Assembly (NCBI GenBank): GCA_965205015.1 | Contig: OZ242029.1 | Span: 3,616,001-3,680,000 of the forward strand | DNA from: Candidatus Poribacteria bacterium | GTDB lineage: Bacteria > Poribacteria > WGA-4E > WGA-3G | Direction of reading: 5' to 3' | DNA length: 64,000 nucleotides | In this document: positions 46,519 through 55,725 of the stretch, one piece after another | Numbering within the stretch: the stretch's first letter is position 1 | How the letters are laid out: the number at the start of each line of letters is the position of its first letter | The notes under the pieces: generated by a model | Seen by the model: the letters and a program-made list of their open reading frames with translations, nothing else | Databases searched by the model: none | Told to the model about the DNA's origin: nothing | Made by a program: the position numbers and the translations under genes

Positions 46519-47715
46519 ATGCGCCTAAAACCGATCCAACTGCTCGCCGTTTATCTGCCAGTTCTGCTGATTGACTTTGCCCTGAGCAGCGTCTTAACGA
46601 ATACCTCTTTTTATACCAGTCATTTAGGACTCTCCTCAACCTTCCTTGGCGTGTTGATGGCAATAACCAACGGGGTTTTTGCACTGCTGGCGATCCCGTG
46701 CGGAAGACTCTCGGACCGGATAGAGCGGCGGTATATCCTTTACGCCGCGTGTCTGATACTCGGTGCTGCCTGCATTGGACTCGCCTTTTGTCGAAATAGG
46801 GGACATCTCCTGAGTGTCTTTCCTGGAATCGGTATCAGTATGGCACTCTTTTGGCCCGCTTACGAAGCGTGGCTCGCCGAGCAGGAAGGTGAAGGTGAAT
46901 TAATCCAACGGATTATGCTCTTCAACTTATTTTGGAGTATCGGCATGACCTTAGGTCCGGCACTCTCAAGTTATCTGTACGGCGAAGTTAATCCGTTTAG
47001 ACCTTTCTATCTTGGTAGTGGCGCGTGTCTGCTGACCCTCCTGACAATTTACGCGTCCCGTATTACCGAATCCGATGCATCTGTCCACACAGGTGAACCT
47101 GACTCGGAATCGCCTGAGATCCTGTATCCACCTCCACCGGTTCGGAGGACCTATCTCCATCTTGCCCGGTGTGCGAATTTCGTTTCGTGGTTTGCACTCG
47201 GTGTTCTCCGTAGGCTTGCACCGAAACTCATGTTGGAGATGGGAATACGTCCCGCAATATACGGAAATCTGATGCTGATCCTCGGTGGTGTACAAACGGT
47301 GGCGTTCCTTGTTCTCGGGACCGGCTATTCGACGCGGTGGCATTATCAGTTTACGCCATTGCTCATCGTTCAACTGCTGGCAATCCTGAGTTTCCTCGGA
47401 ATCGGGTTGACACAGTATACGCTTCTCTGGGCTTTCGCGTTTGCGGTTATTGGTGTATCTGTTGCGTTTACCTACTTCAGTAGTCTCTACTACGGGCTGG
47501 ATCGGCATGTGGATAAAGGGAATAAGAGTGGATGGCATGAAGCCATATTAGGTGTTGGTATCATGTTAGGTCCATTTCTTGGCGGTATCTCAGCGGACTC
47601 AGCATTGGGTGTTCAGAGTCCTTACCTACTCTGTGCAGTAGCGGTTGTTATCGCGATTCTTATAGAGATTGTAATGCTGCTCAAGAATTCTCGACATCCA
47701 GCAAATTCGCCGTGA
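46519..47715 (+). CDS. MFS transporter
   Basis: GRLSDRIERR motif A; about 12 TM helices. Confidence 0.88.
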   Translation: MRLKPIQLLAVYLPVLLIDFALSSVLTNTSFYTSHLGLSSTFLGVLMAITNGVFALLAIPCGRLSDRIERRYILYAACLILGAACIGLAFCRNRGHLLSVFPGIGISMALFWPAYEAWLAEQEGEGELIQRIMLFNLFWSIGMTLGPALSSYLYGEVNPFRPFYLGSGACLLTLLTIYASRITESDASVHTGEPDSESPEILYPPPPVRRTYLHLARCANFVSWFALGVLRRLAPKLMLEMGIRPAIYGNLMLILGGVQTVAFLVLGTGYSTRWHYQFTPLLIVQLLAILSFLGIGLTQYTLLWAFAFAVIGVSVAFTYFSSLYYGLDRHVDKGNKSGWHEAILGVGIMLGPFLGGISADSALGVQSPYLLCAVAVVIAILIEIVMLLKNSRHPANSP

Positions 47716-48811
47716 TGTAGTCTTCGTCGGGGGTAACGCCGAGACCTGGACGGTCGGGGACCGTAACGACGTGGTCGTGGATGTGGACGCCGCTGACTGC
47801 CAGGGTTTCCAGAAAAGCGGGGGCGTTGAGTTCAGCAGGGAGAACAAGGTCCAACGTTGAAAAGAGGTGGATGCTTGCGATGAACCCGATGCCGGCTTCT
47901 GTCAATCCGCTACCGAGAAGTTCGAGTGAGTTGGCTTCAGCGATCGGCACGCTCTTAAGACATTCGGTTAACCCACCAGATTTACACACTTTCAAAACGA
48001 CAGCGTCTGCACACTCCAAGCGTGCGATCTTCGCCAAATCGAAGTAGGTGAAGCATCCCTCGTCAATAGCGATCGGAATTGAGGCGTCTTCTCGGACTCG
48101 CTTCATACCGAACCAATCTTGACTTGCGACGGGTTGTTCCATACAGTAAATTTCACGGACATCTGCGACCCGTTTCAGCAATTCAAGCGCATTCGAGGGC
48201 GTGTAGGACTGATTTGCATCGATCCAAAGTTTGGCATCTGGTGCGGCTTCATGCACGGCGCGTAGGCGATCTTCATCCTCCGCAGGCGTTCCAGCAACCT
48301 TCACTTTGAAACAGGAACACGGCGCCAAGGCTTGCGCCTTCAATCCCATTATTTCTGGTGTATCGATACTCAACGCATAGCAGAGCGGTAGCGTATCGTG
48401 GCGTTTTCCACCGAAGAGGGTATGGAGTGGGACGTTAAGGATTTTTCCTTGGAGGTCGTGTAGGGCGATATTGACAGCGGCTTTCGCGAAAGGATGTCCA
48501 TTGCTAACGGCGGGTTTCAATGTCTGATAAATCGACGCATGGATCTGGTTCAGGTTCAGAGGATCGCGTCCGAGGAGCAATGGGGCGATGTGATGTCGAA
48601 CCGTGGTTGTGATGGATTCGGTGGTCTCGTAACTCCATGAAGGGAGTGCGCGTTGTTCACCCCAACCGGTGTAACCATCGTCCGTTGTGATCTTGACAAA
48701 AACATGGTCGCCTGCGGATCCGGGTGCCCCGACGAAACCCGTCCCGATATTAAAGATGTCTTTCATCCCGACAGCAGTCGGATAAACGTCTACGTGAGTT
48801 ATTTTGGACAT
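47681..48811 (-). CDS. Enolase-superfamily enzyme (muconate cycloisomerase / dipeptide epimerase-like)
   Basis: GWGE, FKVKV, DANQ, EQP, IDE and LKVCKSGG motifs. Confidence 0.88.
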   Translation of the reverse strand: MSKITHVDVYPTAVGMKDIFNIGTGFVGAPGSAGDHVFVKITTDDGYTGWGEQRALPSWSYETTESITTTVRHHIAPLLLGRDPLNLNQIHASIYQTLKPAVSNGHPFAKAAVNIALHDLQGKILNVPLHTLFGGKRHDTLPLCYALSIDTPEIMGLKAQALAPCSCFKVKVAGTPAEDEDRLRAVHEAAPDAKLWIDANQSYTPSNALELLKRVADVREIYCMEQPVASQDWFGMKRVREDASIPIAIDEGCFTYFDLAKIARLECADAVVLKVCKSGGLTECLKSVPIAEANSLELLGSGLTEAGIGFIASIHLFSTLDLVLPAELNAPAFLETLAVSGVHIHDHVVTVPDRPGLGVTPDEDYITANLLDVENS

Positions 48812-48889
48812 GTGTGAATCGGTTACTCCAATTTTGGAAAGTATCTCTGTATTTTAGCACACATTCCAGCAATTTATCAAACATAGATT

Positions 48890-49007
48890 GGCGATCAGCC
48901 GTCGGCGGTCAGCAATCGGAGACCATCAGAGGGCGAGGTTAGAAACCTCGCCAGCGGGGTGAAACGATTTGGATAATCCGGGGCGGTTAGGAAACCGCAC
49001 CTACCGA
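48890..49007. repeat. REP cluster in a divergent intergenic region
   Basis: Heptamer tract, ggcgaggttagaaacctcgcc and gcggttaggaaaccgcacctac palindromes. Confidence 0.65.
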
Positions 49008-49029
49008 GGCCGGAAAAACAGAATTTCCG

Positions 49030-49058
49030 TTGACACGTTCTCGACTATCCGCTATAGT
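49030..49058 (+). promoter_or_regulatory. Sigma70 promoter of the kdgK operon
   Basis: TTGACA-17bp-TATAGT. Confidence 0.65.
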
Positions 49059-49072
49059 AATATGAACACGGG

Positions 49073-49369
49073 TTGTGTCCTGTCCTTATGAGGAAATTAT
49101 GCATGCTATTTGTTATTTTTGTAATTCTCACACCTATCGCTGTTTGGTTGATTTTGCACTTCATGTCCCGGCGAAATGCCGACGTAGAAGCGACTGCACC
49201 GGAAGCATTGATAGAAGTTTGTGCGATCTGCCAAAACGAATTTACAATGACCGAATTGCTTGAAAAAGAGGTTGGTGGATACGGTAGGGTCTACTGTTTT
49301 TGCGGACAGTGTATTGAAAATCTCTATCACGAATACCAGAACAAAACAGACACCAAAATGGAAGGATGA
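49073..49369 (+). CDS. Small membrane-anchored protein with a CxxC...CxCxxC putative zinc finger (start uncertain)
   Basis: TM helix, CAIC and CFCGQC; ends 3 bp before kdgK. Confidence 0.6.
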   Translation: MCPVLMRKLCMLFVIFVILTPIAVWLILHFMSRRNADVEATAPEALIEVCAICQNEFTMTELLEKEVGGYGRVYCFCGQCIENLYHEYQNKTDTKMEG

Positions 49370-49372
49370 ACT

Positions 49373-50416
49373 ATGTACGATTTAGTTACATTTGGGGAGG
49401 CGATGATCCGACTCACCGCCCCGGAATATATGCGCCTTGAACAGGTATCATCGCTGGCAATCACAGCAGGCGGCGCAGAGATGAATGTCGCCGTGAATGC
49501 TGCACAACTCGGCATGCGGACGGCGTGGGTTTCACGACTCGTGGACAACTGGTCGGGTCGCTACATCCGTAACAAAGGGCGTGAACTCGGCGTGGATATG
49601 TCGAACATCATTTGGGTAGATTTCGATGGGATCGGCTTGGAGCGGAACGGATTTTATCATCTGGAAATGGGGGCGGGTCCGCGCGCGAGCAGTGTCACTT
49701 ATGACCGTGGCTATTCAGCGATTTCCAATGTGCAAGTCGGTGAGATCGATTGGGCATCTATTTTCAGCAATGCGCGCTGGTTCCACCTCAGTGGGATTAC
49801 GCCTGCTTTGTCGGCATCCGCGGCGGCGGTCTCGGCAGAAGCACTCAAAGCGGCGCGCGCGGCGGGGGTCAAAACGAGTTACGACCTGAACTTTCGTTCC
49901 AAGTTGTGGAGTGCAGCGGAAGCGCAAGCGGCGAATCAACCGATGATGGAGCATGTTTCTGTTCTTATCGGGAATGAAGAGGATTTCGAGAAATCGCTCG
50001 GTTTCGCGGCGGAGGGGACGACTGAGTCGTACAGTAGCCTTGAACCCGATAGCTACCAGGCGGTTGCACAGCGCGTCAAGGACGCGTTCCCGAGCATTGA
50101 AATGATAGGCACGACATTACGGGATGCCAAAACGGGGTGGCTGAACGATTGGCGGACACTCCTGTTTGATGGTGAAGAATTCTATTTGTCCCGTATCTAT
50201 GAGGATTTAGAGTTGGTAGACCGAGTCGGTGGCGGTGATAGCTTCTCATCGGGACTCATCTATAGTCTGCTGAATGGAAAATCACCACAAGAGGCAGTCG
50301 ATTTCGCAGGTGGGTATTCCGCTTTGGCGCATACGTTCCCTGGGGACTTCAACTGGGCGACAGCAGAAGAGGCAGAAAAAGCGATGGAAGCGGGGGGCGT
50401 GCGTATCAACCGCTAA
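49373..50416 (+). CDS. kdgK: 2-keto-3-deoxygluconate kinase (PfkB family)
   Basis: FGEAMIRL, GGAEMNVA, SGITPALS, DLNFRSKLW, DRVGGGDSF and PGDFN motifs. Confidence 0.88.
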   Translation: MYDLVTFGEAMIRLTAPEYMRLEQVSSLAITAGGAEMNVAVNAAQLGMRTAWVSRLVDNWSGRYIRNKGRELGVDMSNIIWVDFDGIGLERNGFYHLEMGAGPRASSVTYDRGYSAISNVQVGEIDWASIFSNARWFHLSGITPALSASAAAVSAEALKAARAAGVKTSYDLNFRSKLWSAAEAQAANQPMMEHVSVLIGNEEDFEKSLGFAAEGTTESYSSLEPDSYQAVAQRVKDAFPSIEMIGTTLRDAKTGWLNDWRTLLFDGEEFYLSRIYEDLELVDRVGGGDSFSSGLIYSLLNGKSPQEAVDFAGGYSALAHTFPGDFNWATAEEAEKAMEAGGVRINR

Positions 50417-50428
50417 ATAGAAAAAATT

Positions 50429-51439
50429 ATGGAAACCAAAATTCTTCTTTCTCCTATTTTTGAAAATACCGAATTCGATACTGCGGAACGTCGGGCGGCG
50501 TTGGCAGATTTAGCGCAGTTCGGTGAGTTGGGTATCCATCCCCCGGAACTGACCGCGGAACATGCTGAGGGCGTCGTTGGTGTGGTCGCAGGGGGAGTGC
50601 CTTTTCATGAAAGTTTCTATCAAGCGACGGAATCGCTCCGAATCATTGCGCGGTGGGGCGTGGGATATGAAACCGTTAACGTTGATTTAGCGACGGCGTG
50701 TGGGGTCATTGTCACGATTGCGCCTGAACACATGGTGACCGTCGCCGAGTATGCGATTGCACAGTGGTTCGCGACGATGAAGCGGGTCTACACCCTAAAC
50801 AATGCCTCCCATAACGGGGATTTCGGGCTTATCAAGACCCATGAGGTGATGGGGTCGACACTCGGTTTGTACGGCTTCGGTCGGATCGGTCAAGAGGTTG
50901 CGCGTCGAGCGCGTCCACTGCTCGGTGAACAGGGAAGGCTTTTGGTGTATGACATTCGTCCGGATATCGCTGAAATTGCGGCGGAATATGGGGCAGAGGC
51001 TGTTGATACACCGCTAACACTTTTCCAGGAGAGCGATACTGTATCTCTACACCTATCGGGTGCGGATACTGTTGTCGGCTATGAGGAACTCTGTGCGATG
51101 AAACCGCATGCCTCTCTCATCAACCCGTCGCGCGGAAACCTCGTTGACGATGCAGCCGCCAACCGCGCCGTCAGCGAAAACCGACTCTGGTATTATGTCG
51201 TGGATGATCCGGTTAATGGACCCCGAGCGATTCACAAAGACCACCCGCGTATTATCTGTACGAATCACAACGCCGGCATGACTGTTGAATCCGGTATTCG
51301 GTTGGATCTTCGGACGATTGGGCAGGTGACAGATGCGATTGAGGGGCGCGCACCGGCATACATGCTGAATCCAGAAGTCTTGGAGCATCCGAGGGTTAAG
51401 GCGTTTTGCAAGGACACTTCGCAACCCCTGAAGCTGTAA
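50429..51439 (+). CDS. D-isomer-specific 2-hydroxyacid dehydrogenase
   Basis: ARWGVGYE, VAEY, GFGRIG, INPSRG and TNHNAG motifs. Confidence 0.85.
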   Translation: METKILLSPIFENTEFDTAERRAALADLAQFGELGIHPPELTAEHAEGVVGVVAGGVPFHESFYQATESLRIIARWGVGYETVNVDLATACGVIVTIAPEHMVTVAEYAIAQWFATMKRVYTLNNASHNGDFGLIKTHEVMGSTLGLYGFGRIGQEVARRARPLLGEQGRLLVYDIRPDIAEIAAEYGAEAVDTPLTLFQESDTVSLHLSGADTVVGYEELCAMKPHASLINPSRGNLVDDAAANRAVSENRLWYYVVDDPVNGPRAIHKDHPRIICTNHNAGMTVESGIRLDLRTIGQVTDAIEGRAPAYMLNPEVLEHPRVKAFCKDTSQPLKL

Positions 51440-51441
51440 CT

Positions 51442-52557
51442 TTAGTGCTTTTGAAGTAAGAAAAGGAATTCTCGGTTCGGCTTCTCAGCGGCGTTCACCC
51501 ACTCATGCGTCCATCGCATACCTGCCATGACGTTTCTTTTGTAGGCGAGTTCGAGGACAGCGAGCAGTTTCCCGTTGTTTTGCATGACTTCGTTGAGTTG
51601 TTGGGCGGTTGCGCGACCCCCGGAACTATAAGAGAGCAGAATCCAGCGGGCGTGTGTCTCTCGGATTAACGTCGCAATGGCTTGGACGGCGATGAAGTGT
51701 CCGTCGTCATTGCGCCGGAATTCCTCGAATATGGAAGCGGCGAGGGGATCTGATGTATCCTTTCGCCGTTTTGCTTTGCCGAAAAGGGTGGGTTTGTCGA
51801 AAAGGACAACGCTTTTCCAGAGGTGATAGTAAGCGGCATATCGGACGCGGGAGGGTGGCATCTTCTCGTTGTTTGAACCGTAGGGCGGATCGAAATAGGC
51901 GAGATCAACGGAGACACGCGGCACGAGCTCAAAGATGTCGGTTTGATGGACTTGATGATTCCCGTCTGACGTGAAAACCTCCGGTACCTCCAACACGAAT
52001 TCTTTGTAAGCACGGGGTGCCCACGCTTTGAGATAGGCAGAAAAATGGCCAAGGGTGCTGTCGACGCGGTCGAGTGCGAGCATCAGGCTCGTGAGCGCGA
52101 CGGCTTTTTCGATGGGATCGAGTTTGAGGGTTTCTATTTCCTGTCGAACGGCATCTAATTTACGGGTGTTGTGGCGTTGCCACGGTTTTTTGCGTCCGTC
52201 TGCTTGGATTGCGCAGCCACCGTTGGCGTGTCCGCCGTAGTGTTCCGTGAACCAGCCATCCATAGGTGGAACGGCGTTGAGGTGATCGATGAGCGGTTGG
52301 TATGCTTCTCTCGGTTTTGTGTTGAGGAGGTAGCAGGTCCCGAGAACTTTTGACCACGGCGCGACATCGTTACAGATGACGGTATAGCCGAGTCTGGCGA
52401 GTGCTTGTGAGACGCGGGTGGTACCTGAGAAGCCGTCCAGGATTGTTTTGGCGTTGACTTTTTTGACGAGTTCCAAGACGTGTGGGATGAGTTTCAGCTT
52501 GGAGCCGATGTATTTGATGCCTTGTGTGGGCGGGGTGTGGAGAAGCGTGTGGGGCAT
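51442..52557 (-). CDS. DNA adenine methyltransferase (D12 / FokI-like alpha class)
   Basis: KYIGSK, DGFSGTTRV, YFDPPY and LSYS motifs; start moved to MPHTLLH because the upstream extension translates a repeat. Confidence 0.88.
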   Translation of the reverse strand: MPHTLLHTPPTQGIKYIGSKLKLIPHVLELVKKVNAKTILDGFSGTTRVSQALARLGYTVICNDVAPWSKVLGTCYLLNTKPREAYQPLIDHLNAVPPMDGWFTEHYGGHANGGCAIQADGRKKPWQRHNTRKLDAVRQEIETLKLDPIEKAVALTSLMLALDRVDSTLGHFSAYLKAWAPRAYKEFVLEVPEVFTSDGNHQVHQTDIFELVPRVSVDLAYFDPPYGSNNEKMPPSRVRYAAYYHLWKSVVLFDKPTLFGKAKRRKDTSDPLAASIFEEFRRNDDGHFIAVQAIATLIRETHARWILLSYSSGGRATAQQLNEVMQNNGKLLAVLELAYKRNVMAGMRWTHEWVNAAEKPNREFLFLLQKH

Positions 52558-52579
52558 GGATTTATGGTGATGGTGTATT

Positions 52580-52763
52580 TCGTCTGAATCGCGGATTGGC
52601 GCGGATTTTACGGATTTCGCGGATTTTGGGGTTTTCGGTATATCCAATATCTTGAGTGGCGTGTTGGGTTTCGCTGGATTTCAAAGTATTCGAGTCTCTT
52701 GGGAATGTGATTTTTCCTCCGGTATAAGTGTCACTTTCTCATGCTCGCTCAACCCAACCTACG
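52580..52763. repeat. GGATT 9-mer repeat tract plus half of a GTAGGTTGGGTTGA REP
   Basis: gtctgaatcgcggattggcgcggattttacggatttcgcggatt; gttgggtttcgct ... cgctcaacccaacctacg; GGATT family also near 15790, 18025, 23983 and 62078. Confidence 0.65.
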
Positions 52764-52777
52764 TCCTGAACCAACCA

Positions 52778-53707
52778 TCATTCCTCTATTTTATCCTTTT
52801 CAGAGTCATAAAGACGATATATTCCTCTTGATACCCGCCAATATCTATCACTGCCTCCAGGATAATGATGCCTTGAAGGATGGTTCACACAATCCGAATA
52901 AAGTTGGCAGTCTGCTGTACTGGGATTAAAATCGGAGTATTTCTCCAAAATAAGCTTACGAAGTTCTTTTAGTGTAAATTCAAAGCTGAGGTTTTTTCCT
53001 GTTAACTCCTGTACTGCCTCCCATACTACCTGATTTACTGGTTTATCTCCAGACCACCGTGAGGTTTGTGAAGTTCGCTGCTGCCGCGTTTTAGGCGTAA
53101 CGATCTTTTCTTCTCCGACTTTCGTTTCCGTACTGACGATTTCTTCTCCGGATTTAGTTTGAAACTTTGAAACCGCTATACAACTGACATCCATTTTGTA
53201 TAATGTTCGGAGGAATCGGCAAACACTCGTTACCCGCGGATGTATTTCTTCTCCAATGACAAACAAACGCAATTTCCGCTTGAGGGGTGGGAGTTCGTCG
53301 GTTTCAGGTATATCAAACACCTCCCTGAATGCATCCGGGAAAGTTTTACCTTTGAATTCGTCGCGTTTTTCAAAATAGGCATCAGCAATTTCATGAATCT
53401 GTTCAGGTGAAAGTTCATTTGCCCATGCTGCGTACTCAAGTAATTGGGCAACTACACTTCGTGGTGTTTTTCCACGCTTGAATTCAACGATGACGAGATT
53501 GCCTTCTGCATCCACGCCGAGCAGGTCTGGAAAGATAGTTCCTTCTTCATCTTGGGCACTCGGTTGTCTGTCGATCCACAGAACGTGTTCGCCTTGGATA
53601 ACTGCCCACGGGCTGTTTTCAAGCCAAATCTCCAGATGTTGTTCAAGTTCAACGTCTGTTTCTTCTGCGATAATAAGTCTATCTCCGTCCAATCTGAAAA
53701 TAGGCAT
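52778..53707 (-). CDS. NucS/DUF91-like PD-(D/E)XK endonuclease with a C-terminal winged-helix-like domain
   Basis: E..LE, PDLLGVD...VIVEFKR, VAQLLEYA; C-terminal CVNHPSRHHY...RG.YRLY. Confidence 0.8.
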   Translation of the reverse strand: MPIFRLDGDRLIIAEETDVELEQHLEIWLENSPWAVIQGEHVLWIDRQPSAQDEEGTIFPDLLGVDAEGNLVIVEFKRGKTPRSVVAQLLEYAAWANELSPEQIHEIADAYFEKRDEFKGKTFPDAFREVFDIPETDELPPLKRKLRLFVIGEEIHPRVTSVCRFLRTLYKMDVSCIAVSKFQTKSGEEIVSTETKVGEEKIVTPKTRQQRTSQTSRWSGDKPVNQVVWEAVQELTGKNLSFEFTLKELRKLILEKYSDFNPSTADCQLYSDCVNHPSRHHYPGGSDRYWRVSRGIYRLYDSEKDKIEE

Positions 53708-53727
53708 TGTTTCTCCCGAAAATCTAC

Positions 53728-53849
53728 AGAACTTACGCGATGCGCAATGAATTGTGCAACTACGAACCACACTTTTTTCATAACATCTCGTATTTACAAA
53801 AGCTCAATGTTTGTAGAGATGCGATTTATCGCATCTCTGTGTAAGTCCT
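53728..53849. mobile_element. MITE with degenerate AGGACTTACGCA ends containing a GTAG REP
   Basis: agaacttacgc ... tgtgtaagtcct; internal gtagagatgcgatttatcgcatctct. Confidence 0.55.
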
Positions 53850-53852
53850 AAT

Positions 53853-54422
53853 CTATTCAAAAAGTTGGGCGATGGGACACGTAAACCCTTCCACGACATC
53901 CTCACCTGTCAATGTGTCCGCACTTGTAAGCACTGTGAAATCTGTCTCGGAGCGGTAGACCATCACCGTCTTCGCGACGGGCTCAATCACCCAAACAAGG
54001 CGTGTCCCCGCCTTCAGATAGGCTAACGCTTTTTCGGTAACATCGTAGTGTTTATCTGTCGGCGAGACGACTTCGACCACTAAATCCGGCGGAATAGGCG
54101 ACCCTTTCCACCTGTCTTTCGGCAGCCGTTTTGTCGACACAAACGCGACATCCGGTTTCACCACCCTATCCCTTAAGCGAAATGTCGTGCCTGCGGTATA
54201 AGAACGTCCCAGCTGATGCTCAAAGATATGTAAACTCAAATGGCGGATAACATTACTACAGATTTCACCGTGTTCCATCGAGGTGGGTGGCATAGGGACT
54301 AATGCTCCTTTCACATATTCATACCCCTCTAAATCATTTTCAAGAAATTCGTCCAACGTCATTTCGGTTTTGTGTGCCGGTATCTCTTGAACAGATTCAG
54401 GGTTCCTTTGTGGATTAAGCAT
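53853..54422 (-). CDS. Uma2 family endonuclease
   Basis: EYVKG, PDVAFV, PDLVVEVVSP and K...Y..AG..LVWVIEP motifs. Confidence 0.92.
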   Translation of the reverse strand: MLNPQRNPESVQEIPAHKTEMTLDEFLENDLEGYEYVKGALVPMPPTSMEHGEICSNVIRHLSLHIFEHQLGRSYTAGTTFRLRDRVVKPDVAFVSTKRLPKDRWKGSPIPPDLVVEVVSPTDKHYDVTEKALAYLKAGTRLVWVIEPVAKTVMVYRSETDFTVLTSADTLTGEDVVEGFTCPIAQLFE

Positions 54423-54477
54423 CAATTTTTTCCTCCCAACTTGATATTAGGCATTGCATCTACAGTCATTCCACAAC

Positions 54478-55716
54478 TTATGTATGGCGAATTGCGTCAA
54501 TGGGCGTCATTTTGGCGGCTTGGCTGGCGGGATAGTAGCCGAAAAAGATGCCGATCATCGTGCCTGCAGCGACGGAAATTAGCACGGCTTCGGGGGTAAT
54601 TACAGATGGCCAGGTAAGCTCTCCAAAGAACTGACTTACCACCCATGCAAAGCCTTTCCCGACGACGGCACCAAACGCGATACCGAGCAGACTCCCAATG
54701 AGACATAATAGCACGGATTCGGTGAGGAACTGTAAACGGATGTCGAGACTTTTGGCACCGACAGCTTTCCGTAATCCGATCTCAGGGATCCGCTCTGTCA
54801 CCGAAACGAGCATGATGTTCAGAATACCGATGCCAGCGACAATCAACGCGACAGACGCAATGACGACAAGCACCATCTCTATAACAAAGATAATCCTTTT
54901 TCCGGCTTCAATCCCCTTTTTCGCGTTCCACGTTCGGAAAAAGGTATCGTCGTCACCGTGATTGCGCATGATAACGGCTTTCACCTCTTTCAGTGCCTGC
55001 TCAACCAGATCGATACTTTTGGCACGTGCGATGATGGCGCCAACCCGGTTCCGCCCGCCAAAACGGGTTTGTGCGGTTGTAATCGGAATGAAAATCATCT
55101 CGTCTTGGCTTTTGCCTTCGTCGAAACCATCACCCCGAGATTTCATAATGCCAACGACAGTGAAACGCTGGTTATTGATGCCGACCTCCTCGCCAATCGG
55201 ATTCTGTCCTTTAAATTGCTCCTTCCAGACTTTCGCGCCGATGACGCAGACCTTGTTCCAGAGGTCCATATCGGTATCGGCGATAAATCTTCCATATTCA
55301 GTTTCCCACTTTTGGACGGCTTGGTATTCATTTGTCGTTGCTCGGACATAACCCCTTCGGTGTTTCCCCTCAACTTCAAAGTCGATGGAATGACTTCTTT
55401 CGACGGTAGCGACCTCAACAGAAGGGCATTCTGTTAGAATGTCGTGGAGGTCTCGCATCTCTAAGTAATGTGGACTGGTGTTTTGTTGCCACCGATCGTT
55501 CTTTTCGATATAACTGGGTCGGTAAACACCGAACATACTCGGTCCACCGATGGTCTCAATTTGTGTCATCATGAGTTTTTCAGCACCTGCGCCGAAAGAC
55601 ATCATGGCGATCACACCCGCAATACCGATCGTTATTCCTAAGAGTGTGAGGATCGTGCGGAGTTTGCTCCCGCGAAGCACTGAAAACGCTGAGATGAGAT
55701 TCTCTAAAATTTGCAT
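54478..55716 (-). CDS. MacB/FtsX-family ABC transporter permease, copy 2
   Basis: LRTILTLLGITIG, GRF, GILNIMLVSVTER..EIGLRKAVGA and FGYYPA..AA. Confidence 0.92.
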   Translation of the reverse strand: MQILENLISAFSVLRGSKLRTILTLLGITIGIAGVIAMMSFGAGAEKLMMTQIETIGGPSMFGVYRPSYIEKNDRWQQNTSPHYLEMRDLHDILTECPSVEVATVERSHSIDFEVEGKHRRGYVRATTNEYQAVQKWETEYGRFIADTDMDLWNKVCVIGAKVWKEQFKGQNPIGEEVGINNQRFTVVGIMKSRGDGFDEGKSQDEMIFIPITTAQTRFGGRNRVGAIIARAKSIDLVEQALKEVKAVIMRNHGDDDTFFRTWNAKKGIEAGKRIIFVIEMVLVVIASVALIVAGIGILNIMLVSVTERIPEIGLRKAVGAKSLDIRLQFLTESVLLCLIGSLLGIAFGAVVGKGFAWVVSQFFGELTWPSVITPEAVLISVAAGTMIGIFFGYYPASQAAKMTPIDAIRHT

Positions 55717-55725
55717 GTCTTTTCT

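Noticed and set aside
47681-47715. 35-bp overlap of convergent MFS and enolase-family genes
   Set aside because: Short convergent 3' overlaps are common; no evidence of a special function
52558-52647. N-terminal extension of the adenine MTase with KSAKSVKSA repeats and a His run
   Set aside because: It translates the GGATT repeat tract from a non-ATG start; the ATG at 52557 fits the family start better
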